The notes under the pieces were generated by a model, which was given only the letters and a program-made list of their open reading frames with translations, was not told the DNA's origin and did not search any database. 64,000 nucleotides of DNA from Acidobacteriota bacterium (GTDB lineage: Bacteria; Acidobacteriota; Vicinamibacteria; Fen-336): the NCBI GenBank assembly GCA_032127875.1, contig JAQBHI010000126.1:1861-65860 (forward strand). The letters run 5' to 3'. The position numbers and the translations under genes were made by a program. Numbering within the stretch: position 1 is the stretch's first letter; each line of letters opens with the position of its first letter. Positions 26,331 to 36,151 of the stretch are shown here, piece by piece.

Positions 26331-28705
26331 TTCTGCCAGTTGTCGACTGTCTCGTAGTATTCGGGGGCCACCAGGATGTCGCGCGGCTTGGAGCCGTCCG
26401 CGCCGCCGACGATGCCGTCGCGCTCCATCATGTCCACCAGCCGCCCGGCACGGGAGAAGCCGATCCGGAAGCGCCGCTGCAGCATGCTGGTCGAGGCCTG
26501 ACCGTTCTGGACGACGAAGCGGACGGCATCGTCGAACAGCTCGTCGCGGTCGTCCATCTCGACCGCTTCGCTCCTGCGCTCCTCCTTTCCGACGCTGTCG
26601 TCGTAGGCCGGCTTGTCGACCTTGCGCAGGTACGAGGTGAGCCGCGCGATCTCCTTCTCGCTGACGTACGCGCCGTGGATGCGGGTGAGGCGCGCGCTGC
26701 CGGGCGGCAAGAACAGCATGTCGCCCTTGCCGAGCAGTCGCTCGGCGCCGATCGAATCGAGGATGGTGCGGCTGTCGACGCGGGCCGAGACCTTGAACGA
26801 GATACGCGAGGGGAAGTTGGCCTTGATCAGGCCCGTCAGCACGTCGACGGAGGGGCGCTGTGTCGCGAGGATCAGGTGGATGCCGACGGCGCGCGCCATC
26901 TGCGCGAGGCGTGTGATCGATTCCTCCACCTCGCGGGAGCTGACCATCATCAGGTCGGCCAGCTCGTCGATGATGATCACGATGTAGTGGAGCGGCAGCA
27001 CCTCTTCGCCGTCGGGCCCGCTCGCCTGGGCCTTCTCCGCGCGGATGATGTTGTTGAACTGTTCGATGTTGCGCACGCCTTCGGAGGCGAGCTTGCGGAT
27101 GCGCTTTTCCATCTCGCCGACGGCCCACTTGAGCACATTGGCGGCGGTCTTCGGGTCGGTAACGACCGGCGTGAGCAGGTGCGGGATGTCCTCGTAGACG
27201 CCGAGTTCGAGACGCTTGGGGTCGATCAGGATCAGGCGCACTTCGTCGGGCGTCGATTTGAACAGCAGGCTCGCGATCATACAGTTGAGCCCGACGCTCT
27301 TGCCCTGGCCCGTAGCGCCCGCAATCAGCAGGTGTGGCATCTGGGCCAGATCGGTGATGTAGGTGTCGCCCTCCACCGTCTTGCCCAGCGCCATCGTGAG
27401 CCGCGACGGCGCCTTCTGGAATGCCTCCGATTCCACGATGTGCCGCAGCGAGATGGTCTCCCGGACCAGGTTGGGGATTTCGATCCCGACGGTGCCGCGT
27501 CCGCTCATGCGGTCGATGCGGATCGACTCGGCCTGCAGGCCCAGCGCGAGGTCGTCGGCGAGGCCGACGACCTTCGAGTACTTGATGCCGGCGTCTGGCT
27601 TGAATTCGTAGGTCGTGACCACCGGACCCGGGTTGATGTCCGCGACCTTGCCCAGCACGCCGAACTCGATGCACTTCGCCTGCAGGACCCTGGCCCGCTC
27701 GTAGAGCGCTTCCTGGGCTTCGCCATCGCCAGCCTTGATCTCGTCGAGGATCGAAGTCGCCGGGAGCGTGAAGTTGCCGCGCACCGCGGGCGTAGGGCTC
27801 TTCGCCGGCTTCCTGGCGGCCCTGTGTGGTGTGGGCGCTGGCTCTTCGGCTTTTTCCGCCTCGTCGATCAGGGCCACGAAGGGCAGCGGTCGTTGCCGCA
27901 GGGGAGCGGCCGGGCCGCTCGCCAGCAGTACGTCTCCGGCTGCCTCGTCCGCGTCGTCGAAGTCGGCCCCGTCTTCTTCGCCCGCAGGGCCCTTCAGCCT
28001 GCGCACGCGCGGCACCCCCGGATCGCCGTTCTGCGTCTGCGCGTGCTTGCGGATCACCTCGCGGCGCATCTTCTCCTTGCGGCGGGTCTCGAGGTAGTGA
28101 GCCCAGGCTGTACGAAGCGCCTGCACGCGAGCACCCACGATGGCGGCGACCCCGGCCAGCAACGCCGCGAACGAGAACTGCGTTGCGAGGATCAGCGATA
28201 CGAACAGCAGCGTCGCGACGACGATGTAGGCGCCGGTGCGGTTGAAGCTGCCCGTGAGCAGCGCCCCAAGCGCCTCGCCGACCGCCCCGCCGGCCCGGAT
28301 GCTTTCGCTCTCGATTACGACCGCCCCGAAGCTGAGCGTGAGCAGCGATGAGAGCGACAGCAACAACAGCGTCAGGCCGATGGCCTTGGTGTACGGCGCC
28401 TCGATCGGTTTGCACCAGAACAGCTTCCAGCCGGCGATGCCCAGGATCATCGGGATCAGCAGCGCGGCCATGCCGAACAGCTGCGGGATGAGCAGCTCCG
28501 CGAGAAAGGCGCCAGCGGGCCCGATGAAGTTGCCCGCGGTACCGGCGGCGCCGGCCTTGAAGAAAGGCACGGGGTCGCGGGGCGTGTAGGTCGCCAGGCT
28601 GATCAGCAGCATCAGCGCCAGGGCAAAGGCGACGAGCCCGAGGAATTCGGCGAGGCGTGTCGAGGACTTTGTGTCGTTCGCCATCAGATCTCCATCACGA
28701 CGGGG
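26327..28705 (-). CDS. ftsK: DNA translocase FtsK
   Basis: N-terminal 4-TM region; linker; motor domain (LLIAGATGQGKSV Walker A, ...IIIDELADLMM Walker B); C-terminal gamma winged-helix (...MLQRRFRIGFSRAGRLVDMME...). Start at MANDTKSS. Confidence 0.9.
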   Translation of the reverse strand, partial: PRRDGDLMANDTKSSTRLAEFLGLVAFALALMLLISLATYTPRDPVPFFKAGAAGTAGNFIGPAGAFLAELLIPQLFGMAALLIPMILGIAGWKLFWCKPIEAPYTKAIGLTLLLLSLSSLLTLSFGAVVIESESIRAGGAVGEALGALLTGSFNRTGAYIVVATLLFVSLILATQFSFAALLAGVAAIVGARVQALRTAWAHYLETRRKEKMRREVIRKHAQTQNGDPGVPRVRRLKGPAGEEDGADFDDADEAAGDVLLASGPAAPLRQRPLPFVALIDEAEKAEEPAPTPHRAARKPAKSPTPAVRGNFTLPATSILDEIKAGDGEAQEALYERARVLQAKCIEFGVLGKVADINPGPVVTTYEFKPDAGIKYSKVVGLADDLALGLQAESIRIDRMSGRGTVGIEIPNLVRETISLRHIVESEAFQKAPSRLTMALGKTVEGDTYITDLAQMPHLLIAGATGQGKSVGLNCMIASLLFKSTPDEVRLILIDPKRLELGVYEDIPHLLTPVVTDPKTAANVLKWAVGEMEKRIRKLASEGVRNIEQFNNIIRAEKAQASGPDGEEVLPLHYIVIIIDELADLMMVSSREVEESITRLAQMARAVGIHLILATQRPSVDVLTGLIKANFPSRISFKVSARVDSRTILDSIGAERLLGKGDMLFLPPGSARLTRIHGAYVSEKEIARLTSYLRKVDKPAYDDSVGKEERRSEAVEMDDRDELFDDAVRFVVQNGQASTSMLQRRFRIGFSRAGRLVDMMERDGIVGGADGSKPRDILVAPEYYETVDNWQK

Positions 28706-30342
28706 ATGACCATGGGACGCCGCTGCGTCCGCTTGCGGAAGAACCGGCGCAGCTGCTGGCGCAGGCGCTCGCGGGTGAGCATCGGATCGCAACGCTCCGC
28801 GGAGGAGCGCGACTCGACGCTTTCGACCAGGAAGCGGCCTGCCGCCTCCAGCAGCTCGGCGCTCCCGCCCGCGTCGACGAAGCCGCGTGTCACGAACTCG
28901 GGCGCCTGCGTGGCGCGCCCGGTCTGCTTGTCCAGAACCAAGACCGGCACGACGATGCCGTCGGCCGAGAGCTGGCGGCGGTCGCGCAGCACCACGTCCT
29001 CGATGCCGTCGCCGCCGGAGCGGTCGAGCAGCACGCGGCCCGCCGCGATGCGCGCCTGCTTGTGGCCGCGCCCTTGGCTGAAAGCCAGCACGTCGCCATC
29101 CTCCGCCAGCAGCACGCGATCTGCGGCAAGCCCTGCCTCGCCCGCGAGCCTGGCATGCTGCGCGAGCATCCGGTACTCGCCGTGGATCGGCACCAGGTAC
29201 TGCGGCCGCACCAGGCGCAGCAGCTCGAGCAGGTCGTCGCGGCCGCCGTGGCCGGAGACGTGGACGCGGGCGACACCCGGATGCACCACGTCGCAGCCGC
29301 GCCGGAACAGGTTGCCGATCAGCCGCGAGACGACGCGCTCGTTGCCGGGGATCACGCGTGCCGAGAGCACGACGGTATCGCCCGGGCCGACAGCCACGTC
29401 CTTGTGCTCGCCGACGCTGATCATCGACAGCGCCGAGAGCGGCTCGCCCTGGCTTCCGGAAACGAACAGGCACATCGTCTCGGGCGAGCGCTCGCCGACC
29501 TGGGCCGCGGGCACCACGTCGGACTCGGGGATGCGCAACAGCCCGAGATCGCGCGCCACCTCGCTGTTGTCGAGCATGCGTCGGCCCACGAAGCTGACGC
29601 GCCGTCCGTCCGCTCGAGCCACGTCGGCGACGCGCTGCATGCGCGGGATCGAGGTCGCGAAGCAGGACACCAGCACCCGCCCGCGAGTGCGCTCGAAGAC
29701 CTGCTCGAAACCCGGGATCAGGTCGTCTTCACAGCCCGTGCTGCCGCGCTGCTCGACACCGGTGCTGTCGGAAAGCAGCGCGAGCACGCCGCGCTCGCCC
29801 CATTCCGCGAGTGCCGCGACATCGGTGCGCTCCTCCGGCTTGGCGTCCCCATCGATCTTGAAGTCGCCGCTCGCGAGCACGACGCCGGCCGGGGTCTCGA
29901 TCGCGAGCGCCAGCGAATCGCAGACGCTGTGCGCGACACGGATCGGGTGTACCCGGAAGGGCCCGATCGCCTGCGGCTGGCCGGGACGCAGTATCCGCAA
30001 CTCGGCGCTCACGCCCCGTTCGCGCAGGCGCTGGCGTGCAAAGCCCAGCGTGAGCGGGCTGCCGTAGACCGGAGCGGGCGCCGCTTGCAATGCGAAGCAG
30101 AGAGCGCCGATGTGGTCCTCGTGGCCGTGCGTGAGCAGAATTCCGTGAAGCGACTCCGGCTTTTCGGCGAGATACGCGAAGTCGGGAACGATGGAGTCGA
30201 CGCCCGGCATCTCGGCCCCGGCGAAGAGCACTCCGGCATCGACCAGCAGGCGATGTCCGGACCACTCGAGCACGAGCGCGTTCAGGCCGAACTCGCCCAG
30301 CCCGCCCAGCGGGATGAGACGCACGGATTGGTCGCCGGTCAC
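28684..30342 (-). CDS. rnj: ribonuclease J (metallo-beta-lactamase / beta-CASP family)
   Basis: HGHEDHIG motif, beta-CASP region and C-terminal domain. GTG start. Confidence 0.85.
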   Translation of the reverse strand: MTGDQSVRLIPLGGLGEFGLNALVLEWSGHRLLVDAGVLFAGAEMPGVDSIVPDFAYLAEKPESLHGILLTHGHEDHIGALCFALQAAPAPVYGSPLTLGFARQRLRERGVSAELRILRPGQPQAIGPFRVHPIRVAHSVCDSLALAIETPAGVVLASGDFKIDGDAKPEERTDVAALAEWGERGVLALLSDSTGVEQRGSTGCEDDLIPGFEQVFERTRGRVLVSCFATSIPRMQRVADVARADGRRVSFVGRRMLDNSEVARDLGLLRIPESDVVPAAQVGERSPETMCLFVSGSQGEPLSALSMISVGEHKDVAVGPGDTVVLSARVIPGNERVVSRLIGNLFRRGCDVVHPGVARVHVSGHGGRDDLLELLRLVRPQYLVPIHGEYRMLAQHARLAGEAGLAADRVLLAEDGDVLAFSQGRGHKQARIAAGRVLLDRSGGDGIEDVVLRDRRQLSADGIVVPVLVLDKQTGRATQAPEFVTRGFVDAGGSAELLEAAGRFLVESVESRSSAERCDPMLTRERLRQQLRRFFRKRTQRRPMVIPVVMEI

Positions 30343-30370
30343 AGGGTCTTTGGCACCCGGATCGGGGGCT

Positions 30371-31132
30371 TCAGCCTTCGGTCAGCTTCGACGACAAGGC
30401 GGCGAACTCCACCACGGATAGCGTCTCGGCCCGCCTTGAGCCCGCGATCTTGAGTAACCTCAAGTTCTCCTTGAGGTTAGCATAGCTATCTTGCAGGTTA
30501 TTTTCAAGGGTCCGACGGCGGCGGGCGAAAGAACGCTGGACGAGGCGTTCAAAGGCCGCCAGATCAGTGACTTCCGCTCGAGGCTGGGCTAGAAAACGCA
30601 CCCTCAGCACCGCCGAGGAGACTTTCGGTGGCGGAGAGAAGGCCTCGGGAGGGAAACGCAGCACGATCTCCACGTCGGCGAACAGCGCGAACATCACCGA
30701 CAGGATGCCGTACTGCTTCGGCCCCGGGGGAGACGCGATGCGCTCCGCGACCTCCGCCTGGAGCATGGCGTGGATGTCGGTCAGATGGCCGCGCAGCTCG
30801 AGCAGCCGGCGCAGCAGCGGGCTCGAGGCGTAGTACGGAAGGTTGGCGGCGAAGCGGCTGCCACGTGGGACCAGACCGGCGAGCTCGAGCCGCAGCGCAT
30901 CGCCCTGGACGACGCGCACATTCGCCGGCGCTCGCGCGGCCAGCTCCCGGGCCAGGCCGGCGTCGAGCTCGACGCTCACGACCTGGCGACAGCGCTTGGC
31001 CAGCGGCAGCGTCAACGCGCCGTTGCCGGGGCCGATCTCGAGAAACGTCTGATCCGCGAGCGGCTCGATCGTGCGCACGAGTTGCTCGACCGCGGCGGCA
31101 CACAGGAAATGCTGCCCGAGCTTGCGAGGCAT
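30371..31132 (-). CDS. rsmA: 16S rRNA (adenine1518/1519-N6)-dimethyltransferase RsmA/KsgA
   Basis: MPRKLGQHFL... and a SAM-binding motif (EIGPGNGALT). Confidence 0.85.
   Translation of the reverse strand: MPRKLGQHFLCAAAVEQLVRTIEPLADQTFLEIGPGNGALTLPLAKRCRQVVSVELDAGLARELAARAPANVRVVQGDALRLELAGLVPRGSRFAANLPYYASSPLLRRLLELRGHLTDIHAMLQAEVAERIASPPGPKQYGILSVMFALFADVEIVLRFPPEAFSPPPKVSSAVLRVRFLAQPRAEVTDLAAFERLVQRSFARRRRTLENNLQDSYANLKENLRLLKIAGSRRAETLSVVEFAALSSKLTEG
30456..30508 (-). promoter_or_regulatory. sigma70-like promoter TTGAAA(30503-30508)-N17-TATGCT(30480-30485) plus perfect 10-bp palindrome TAACCTCAAG-n5-CTTGAGGTTA (30456-30480), embedded in the low-GC 3' end of ksgA about 115 nt upstream of the rnj start
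   Basis: Read directly from the minus strand. Marked local AT-richness inside coding sequence. Confidence 0.35.
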
Positions 31133-31163
31133 GGAACGTCGACTATGTTAGTCTCGAAGCCCA

Positions 31164-32617
31164 TGGCGGAACGGCTTCACATCGCGTTTGCGACCTCGGA
31201 GATGGTCCCGTATATCAAGACCGGAGGCTTGGCCGACGTCTCGGCCGCGCTGCCCAAGGCGCTCGTGAAGCTGGGTCACCGCGTCAGCGTGTTCCTGCCA
31301 CGCTACGGCCCGATCGCGTTTCCGCCGGGCGAGTTCGCGGGCTCGGTTCACGTCCCGGTGGATGCCCTTCCGCGCAGCGCGGGTTTCTACCGCGCCACCA
31401 ACGCCGACGGCGTCGAGATCGTCTTCATCGAGCAGCCCGACTTCTACGACCGGCCGTTTCCGTACGGCGTCGGCAACCACGACTATCCCGACAACCGGCT
31501 GCGCTTCGCGTTTCTAGCGCGTGCGGTCTGCGAATACTTCCGCAGCCGCGGCGAAAGGCCCAGCCTGTTCCATGCGCACGACTGGCAGACGGGGCTGATT
31601 CCCGTCTATTTGAAGTCCTTCTACTGGGACGACCCGACGCTGCATCGCTCGAGCTGCGTGTTCACGATCCACAACGTCGCCTACCAGGGCGTGTTCGGGC
31701 TGGATACCGTCGGCGTCATCGGGTTGCCGTGGAATCTCGGCACGCATGGCGCCCTCGAGTTTCACGGCAATGTGAGCTACATGAAGGGCGGCGTGATGTT
31801 TTCCGAACTGCTCACGACCGTGTCCGCGCAGTATGCGCGCGAGATCCAGACCCCCGAGCTCGGCTACTCGATGGACGGCCCGCTGCGTGGGCGTGGCGCC
31901 GACCTCAGCGGGATCCTGAACGGCGTCGACTACGACGAGTGGGACCCACGCGTCGACAGCCACATCGCGAAGCACTACTCGGCGAAGGACCTCGCGGGGA
32001 AGGCGGCCTGCAAGGCGGACCTGTCGCGCAGCATGGCGCTGCCCGAGTTCCCGGACCTGCCGATCCTCGGGATCACCTCACGGCTCGTGTCGCAAAAGGG
32101 CTTCGACGTGGTGGTCGGGGCGTGGTGGGACCTGCTGCAGAGAGGCCTGCGGCTGGTGGTGCTCGGCTCGGGCGACGCCGCCGTCGAGGACGGCTTCCGG
32201 GCCCTGGCCGCGCGTGCGCCGGACCGCGTTGCGGTGCGCATCGGCTACGACCCGGTGCTCGCCCACAAGATCGAGGCGGGCGCCGACATGTTCCTGATGC
32301 CCTCGCGCTTCGAGCCGTGCGGCCTGACGCAGATGTACAGCCTGCGCTACGGCACGGTGCCTATCGTGCGCACGACGGGCGGGCTAGCCGACACGGTCGA
32401 GCCCTGGGATGCCGGGGCCGGAACGGGAACCGGCTTCCGCTTCGAGCACCCCGATGGCACGGGCATGATGTGGGCGATCGACCAGGCGCTAGCGACGTAC
32501 CAGGACAAGCCGGCCTGGCGAAAGCTGCAGCAGAACGGAATGGCGCGCGATTTCTCGTGGGAGCGCTCGGCGCGCGCCTACGTCGAGCTGTACCATCGCG
32601 CAATGGCGAAGGCGTGA
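31164..32617 (+). CDS. glgA: glycogen synthase (ADP-glucose type)
   Basis: MAERLHIAFATSEMVPYIKTGGLADV N-terminus and GT5 C-terminal motifs. An alternative upstream ATG at 31145 is possible. Confidence 0.85.
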
Positions 32618-32640
32618 GGCTGGCAAGGAGAGCATGAAGC

Positions 32641-32967
32641 GTGGCAAACAACGTTGAGACGCTGAGCGACGCGAACTGGGAAACGGACGTGCTGAAATCT
32701 CCAGTGCCCGTGCTGGTCGACTTCTGGGCCGACTGGTGCGTGCCGTGCAAGACGCTGCTGCCAACTGTCGAGGCCATGGCGGCTCAATTCGCCGGCCGGC
32801 TCAAAGTCGGCAAGATGAACGTCGAAGAAAACCCCGACGTGCCGTTCAAGTACAGCGTCACCACGCTGCCGACGCTGCTGGTCTTGAAGAACGGCATGGT
32901 CGCCGAGCAGCGTATCGGGCTGATCTCGAAGGACAAGCTGATCCAGTTGCTCGAACCGCTGCTGTAG
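32641..32967 (+). CDS. trxA: thioredoxin (active site WCVPC rather than canonical WCGPC)
   Basis: 108 aa, thioredoxin fold pattern. Confidence 0.85.
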   Translation: MANNVETLSDANWETDVLKSPVPVLVDFWADWCVPCKTLLPTVEAMAAQFAGRLKVGKMNVEENPDVPFKYSVTTLPTLLVLKNGMVAEQRIGLISKDKLIQLLEPLL

Positions 32968-32991
32968 CGGGCGTCCGGCCGATCGAACCGG

Positions 32992-34155
32992 TCAGTCGAT
33001 CTCGATCAGGCTGTCGCGGCGCGAGACGCTCGTGGGCGAGAGGGGCTCCGGCTCGGGGGTGGGCAGGCTCTGGGGAGGCAACGTTGCCATGGTGAGCTTG
33101 GCGCCGGCCGGCGCTGGCTCGGCCGCCAACAGCTCGCGAGCAGCGGCGGCGAGTTCGGCCTGCGTCGGCACGCTGCCGCGGGCATGCAGCCGCACCCACT
33201 GCCGCAGCACGCCGTCCACGTACAGGTAGCGCTTCTTGAGCATGCGGATCGCGTCGACGCCGACGAGCCACTGCAGATAGTCTCGGACTGCGCCCGGGGT
33301 GCGGCCCAGGCGCGGGACGATCGCCGTCAGATTCAGGCCCTCTTCCTCCGCGATGATGCCGAGAGCCGCCTTGCAGATCCCGTAGCCCCGACTGCGCAAG
33401 AGCAGCGTCTCGTAGGTCTGCCGGCAGGCGCTTTCGAGGCGTCTGCCCAGCGCCATCTCGTCCGCCCACGCCGCCGCCACGTCGCCGCGTTGTTCCGTGA
33501 GCGCTTCGAGCAGTATCGAGACGTAGCGTGGCCAACCCCGGCTGAGGCGCGCGAGAGCGTCGGCGTCGGCCGGGGAGTGCAGCTCCGGCGCGATCTCGTC
33601 GCTCGTGAGCGGCCTCGCGCCGAGGGTCTCGAACGACCAGAGCTTGCGGGCGGCGGTCGGAAACGACGTCGCGAGGATCGTAGCGCGCTTGCGGGCCTTG
33701 AGCGCTGCGGCGAAGGGATCCTGGACGTGGCGAAGCCCCGGAAAATAGGAGAGCGAGCGGATCTCGGTGGCCTCGTCGAGCAGCAGCACCACGGGCCGAC
33801 CCTCGGCATCGTCGAGCGTCGCCCACAGCCGGAACAGGGCGTTCGTGGCTTCCACGCCGTGGAGCCGGCCGGAGTCCGCGATGCGGCGGATCTCGGTCGC
33901 CTGCGGCAGGCGCCGGCCCAGGCCCTCGGCGGGAATCGCGCGCAGCGCAGCGATCGCGAAGCGTTCGGGCGTCGAGCAAGCACCCATCAGGTCGAGGTAG
34001 ATCGGCACGGCCCCTTCGCCGGCGAGCCGGTCGGCCAGTTGCCGCAGCAGCGTCGTCTTGCCCGAACCCGGCGGGCCCGTGAGCACGAGCGGCGCCCCGA
34101 GGCGCGCGCGAGCGAGCAGCGCCGCCTCGAGGTCGGGCCTGGAGAGGGTAGCCAC
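32992..34155 (-). CDS. AAA/Arch_ATPase-type P-loop ATPase (DUF234-like)
   Basis: LVLTGPPGSGKTT Walker A and LLLDEATEI Walker B-like motif. Confidence 0.5.
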   Translation of the reverse strand: MATLSRPDLEAALLARARLGAPLVLTGPPGSGKTTLLRQLADRLAGEGAVPIYLDLMGACSTPERFAIAALRAIPAEGLGRRLPQATEIRRIADSGRLHGVEATNALFRLWATLDDAEGRPVVLLLDEATEIRSLSYFPGLRHVQDPFAAALKARKRATILATSFPTAARKLWSFETLGARPLTSDEIAPELHSPADADALARLSRGWPRYVSILLEALTEQRGDVAAAWADEMALGRRLESACRQTYETLLLRSRGYGICKAALGIIAEEEGLNLTAIVPRLGRTPGAVRDYLQWLVGVDAIRMLKKRYLYVDGVLRQWVRLHARGSVPTQAELAAAARELLAAEPAPAGAKLTMATLPPQSLPTPEPEPLSPTSVSRRDSLIEID

Positions 34156-34166
34156 GAGGGCGCCCG

Positions 34167-35840
34167 CTAGCGCCGCGGCAGCATTGGGACGCGCACGCCC
34201 CGTTCGTGGGCCACGTCGATCGCGCGCTCGTAGCCGGCGTCCACGTGGCGCGCGACACCCATGCCGGGATCGCTCGTGAGCACGCGCTGCAAGCGGACCG
34301 CGGCCTGCTCGGTGCCGTCCGCCACGATCACCATGCCTGCGTGGATCGAATAGCCCATGCCGACGCCGCCTCCGTGATGCACCGAGACCCAGCTGGCGCC
34401 GCCCACCGCGTTGATGAGCGCGTTCAGGATCGGCCAGTCGGCCACGGCGTCGGAGCCGTCCTTCATGGCCTCGGTCTCGCGATTGGGCGAGGCCACCGAG
34501 CCGGCATCGAGGTGGTCGCGCCCGATCACGATCGGGGCCTTGACGCGGCCCGTGCGCACCAGCTCGTTGAAGACCAGCCCCAGCTTCGCGCGCTCCCCGT
34601 AGCCGAGCCAGCAGATGCGCGCCGGCAGCCCCTGGGGCTTGACGCGCTCGCGCGCCAGGCTGATCCAGCGATGCAGCGGCTTGTCGTCGGGGAACGTGGC
34701 GAGCACGGCATCGTCGGTCACGGCGAGGTCGGCGGGATCGCCCGAGAGCAGCGCCCAGCGGAACGGCCCCCTGCCCTCGCAGAACAGCGGCCGGATGTAG
34801 GCCGGCACGAAGCCGGGGAAGGCGAAGGCGTCGCTGACGCCGACCTTGTGCGCCACGGCCCGGATGTTGTTGCCGTAGTCGAAGACCACCGCGCCTTGCT
34901 TCTTGAGATCGAGCATCCCGCGCACGTGCTCGCCCATGCTGCGTCGTGCCTCGGCCATGTAGCGCTCGGGATCGCTCTTGCGCAGCGCCAGGGCCGCCTC
35001 ATGGCTCATGCGGTTCGGCACGTAGCCATTGAGCGGATCGTGGGCGCTGGTCTGGTCGGTCACCAGGTCCGGTACGATTGCGCGACGCGCCAGCTCCGGC
35101 AGCACATCAGCGGCGTTGCCGAGCAGGCCGATCGAGAGTCCGAGACCGGCCTGCTGCGCCTCGCGGGCCTGGGCGAGGGCCGCGTCCAGCGAAAGGGCGC
35201 TCACATCCAGGTAGCGCGTCTCGAGCCGGCGCTCGATGCGTTGCCGGTCCACCTCGATTGCGATCATCACGCCGTCGTTCATGGTCGCGGCCAGCGGCTG
35301 CGCCCCACCCATGCCGCCCAGGCCCGCCGTGACCACGAGCCGGCCCCGCAAGCTGCCAGCGAAGTGCTGGCGCGCCGCCTCGGCAAAGGTCTCGTAGGTG
35401 CCCTGCAGGATGCCCTGCGTGCCGATGTAGATCCACGAGCCGGCCGTCATCTGGCCGTACATCATCAGGCCCTTGCGATCGAGCTCGTAGAAGTGCTCCC
35501 AGTTCGCCCACGCCGGCACCAGCATCGAGTTCGAGAGCAGCACGCGCGGAGCGTCTGCGTGAGTGCGGAACACGGCCACCGGCTTGCCCGATTGCACCAG
35601 CAGCGTCTCGTCGTTGCCCAGCGCGCGCAGGCTCGCCACGATCGCGTCGTAGCACTCCCAGTTGCGCGCGGCCTTGCCGATGCCGCCGTAGACCACCAGC
35701 TCCGCTGGGTTCTCGGCCACTTCCGGGTCCAGGTTGTTCATGAGCATCCGCAGCGCCGCTTCCTGCAGCCACGACTTGCAGGAGATCGCGCTGCCCCGTG
35801 GCGCGCGGACCTGACGCCCCGCGACAGCGGATGTCGTCAC
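34167..35840 (-). CDS. hutU: urocanate hydratase
   Basis: Strong family pattern ([13 protein letters not shown]...[13 protein letters not shown]...[10 protein letters not shown]...). GTG start at 35838-35840 overlaps the stop of the upstream small ORF (ATGTGA). Confidence 0.85.
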   Translation of the reverse strand: MTTSAVAGRQVRAPRGSAISCKSWLQEAALRMLMNNLDPEVAENPAELVVYGGIGKAARNWECYDAIVASLRALGNDETLLVQSGKPVAVFRTHADAPRVLLSNSMLVPAWANWEHFYELDRKGLMMYGQMTAGSWIYIGTQGILQGTYETFAEAARQHFAGSLRGRLVVTAGLGGMGGAQPLAATMNDGVMIAIEVDRQRIERRLETRYLDVSALSLDAALAQAREAQQAGLGLSIGLLGNAADVLPELARRAIVPDLVTDQTSAHDPLNGYVPNRMSHEAALALRKSDPERYMAEARRSMGEHVRGMLDLKKQGAVVFDYGNNIRAVAHKVGVSDAFAFPGFVPAYIRPLFCEGRGPFRWALLSGDPADLAVTDDAVLATFPDDKPLHRWISLARERVKPQGLPARICWLGYGERAKLGLVFNELVRTGRVKAPIVIGRDHLDAGSVASPNRETEAMKDGSDAVADWPILNALINAVGGASWVSVHHGGGVGMGYSIHAGMVIVADGTEQAAVRLQRVLTSDPGMGVARHVDAGYERAIDVAHERGVRVPMLPRR

Positions 35841-36151
35841 ATCAAGTACCGCTGGTTCTTGGTCGTGTCGTCGTTCTCGAGATCGGCAGGCGAAGGCTTG
35901 CCGCCCCGGATCACGCGCAGCCGGCTGCGTTCGCGCGGTGGCGAAGGCACCCGCCGCCTGGCGAGAAAGCGCTCGAGGGCGCCGACCCCGAGCAGGATCA
36001 CGGCCACCAGACCCACGAAGATCGGCCAGGAACGCAGCTCGATCGAGACGCCGATGAGGGCCGCGATCCCGATCGAGGCGCCGAGGATCGCGAGGCCTGG
36101 AGCCCATTCGGCGCGGCGTGTCGTCAGGAAGCGGCCCATTGGTCTACACAA
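35837..36151 (-). CDS. small 2-TM membrane protein (104 aa) embedded between hutH and hutU
   Basis: Two hydrophobic helices. Its start overlaps the hutH stop and its stop overlaps the hutU start. Confidence 0.4.
   Translation of the reverse strand: MCRPMGRFLTTRRAEWAPGLAILGASIGIAALIGVSIELRSWPIFVGLVAVILLGVGALERFLARRRVPSPPRERSRLRVIRGGKPSPADLENDDTTKNQRYLM

Noticed and set aside
24294-28415. 1373-aa and 1048-aa minus-strand ORFs spanning amiC and ftsK
   Set aside because: Artefacts of missing stops in alternative frames. Domain content resolves them into amiC (24294-26330) and ftsK (26327-28705).
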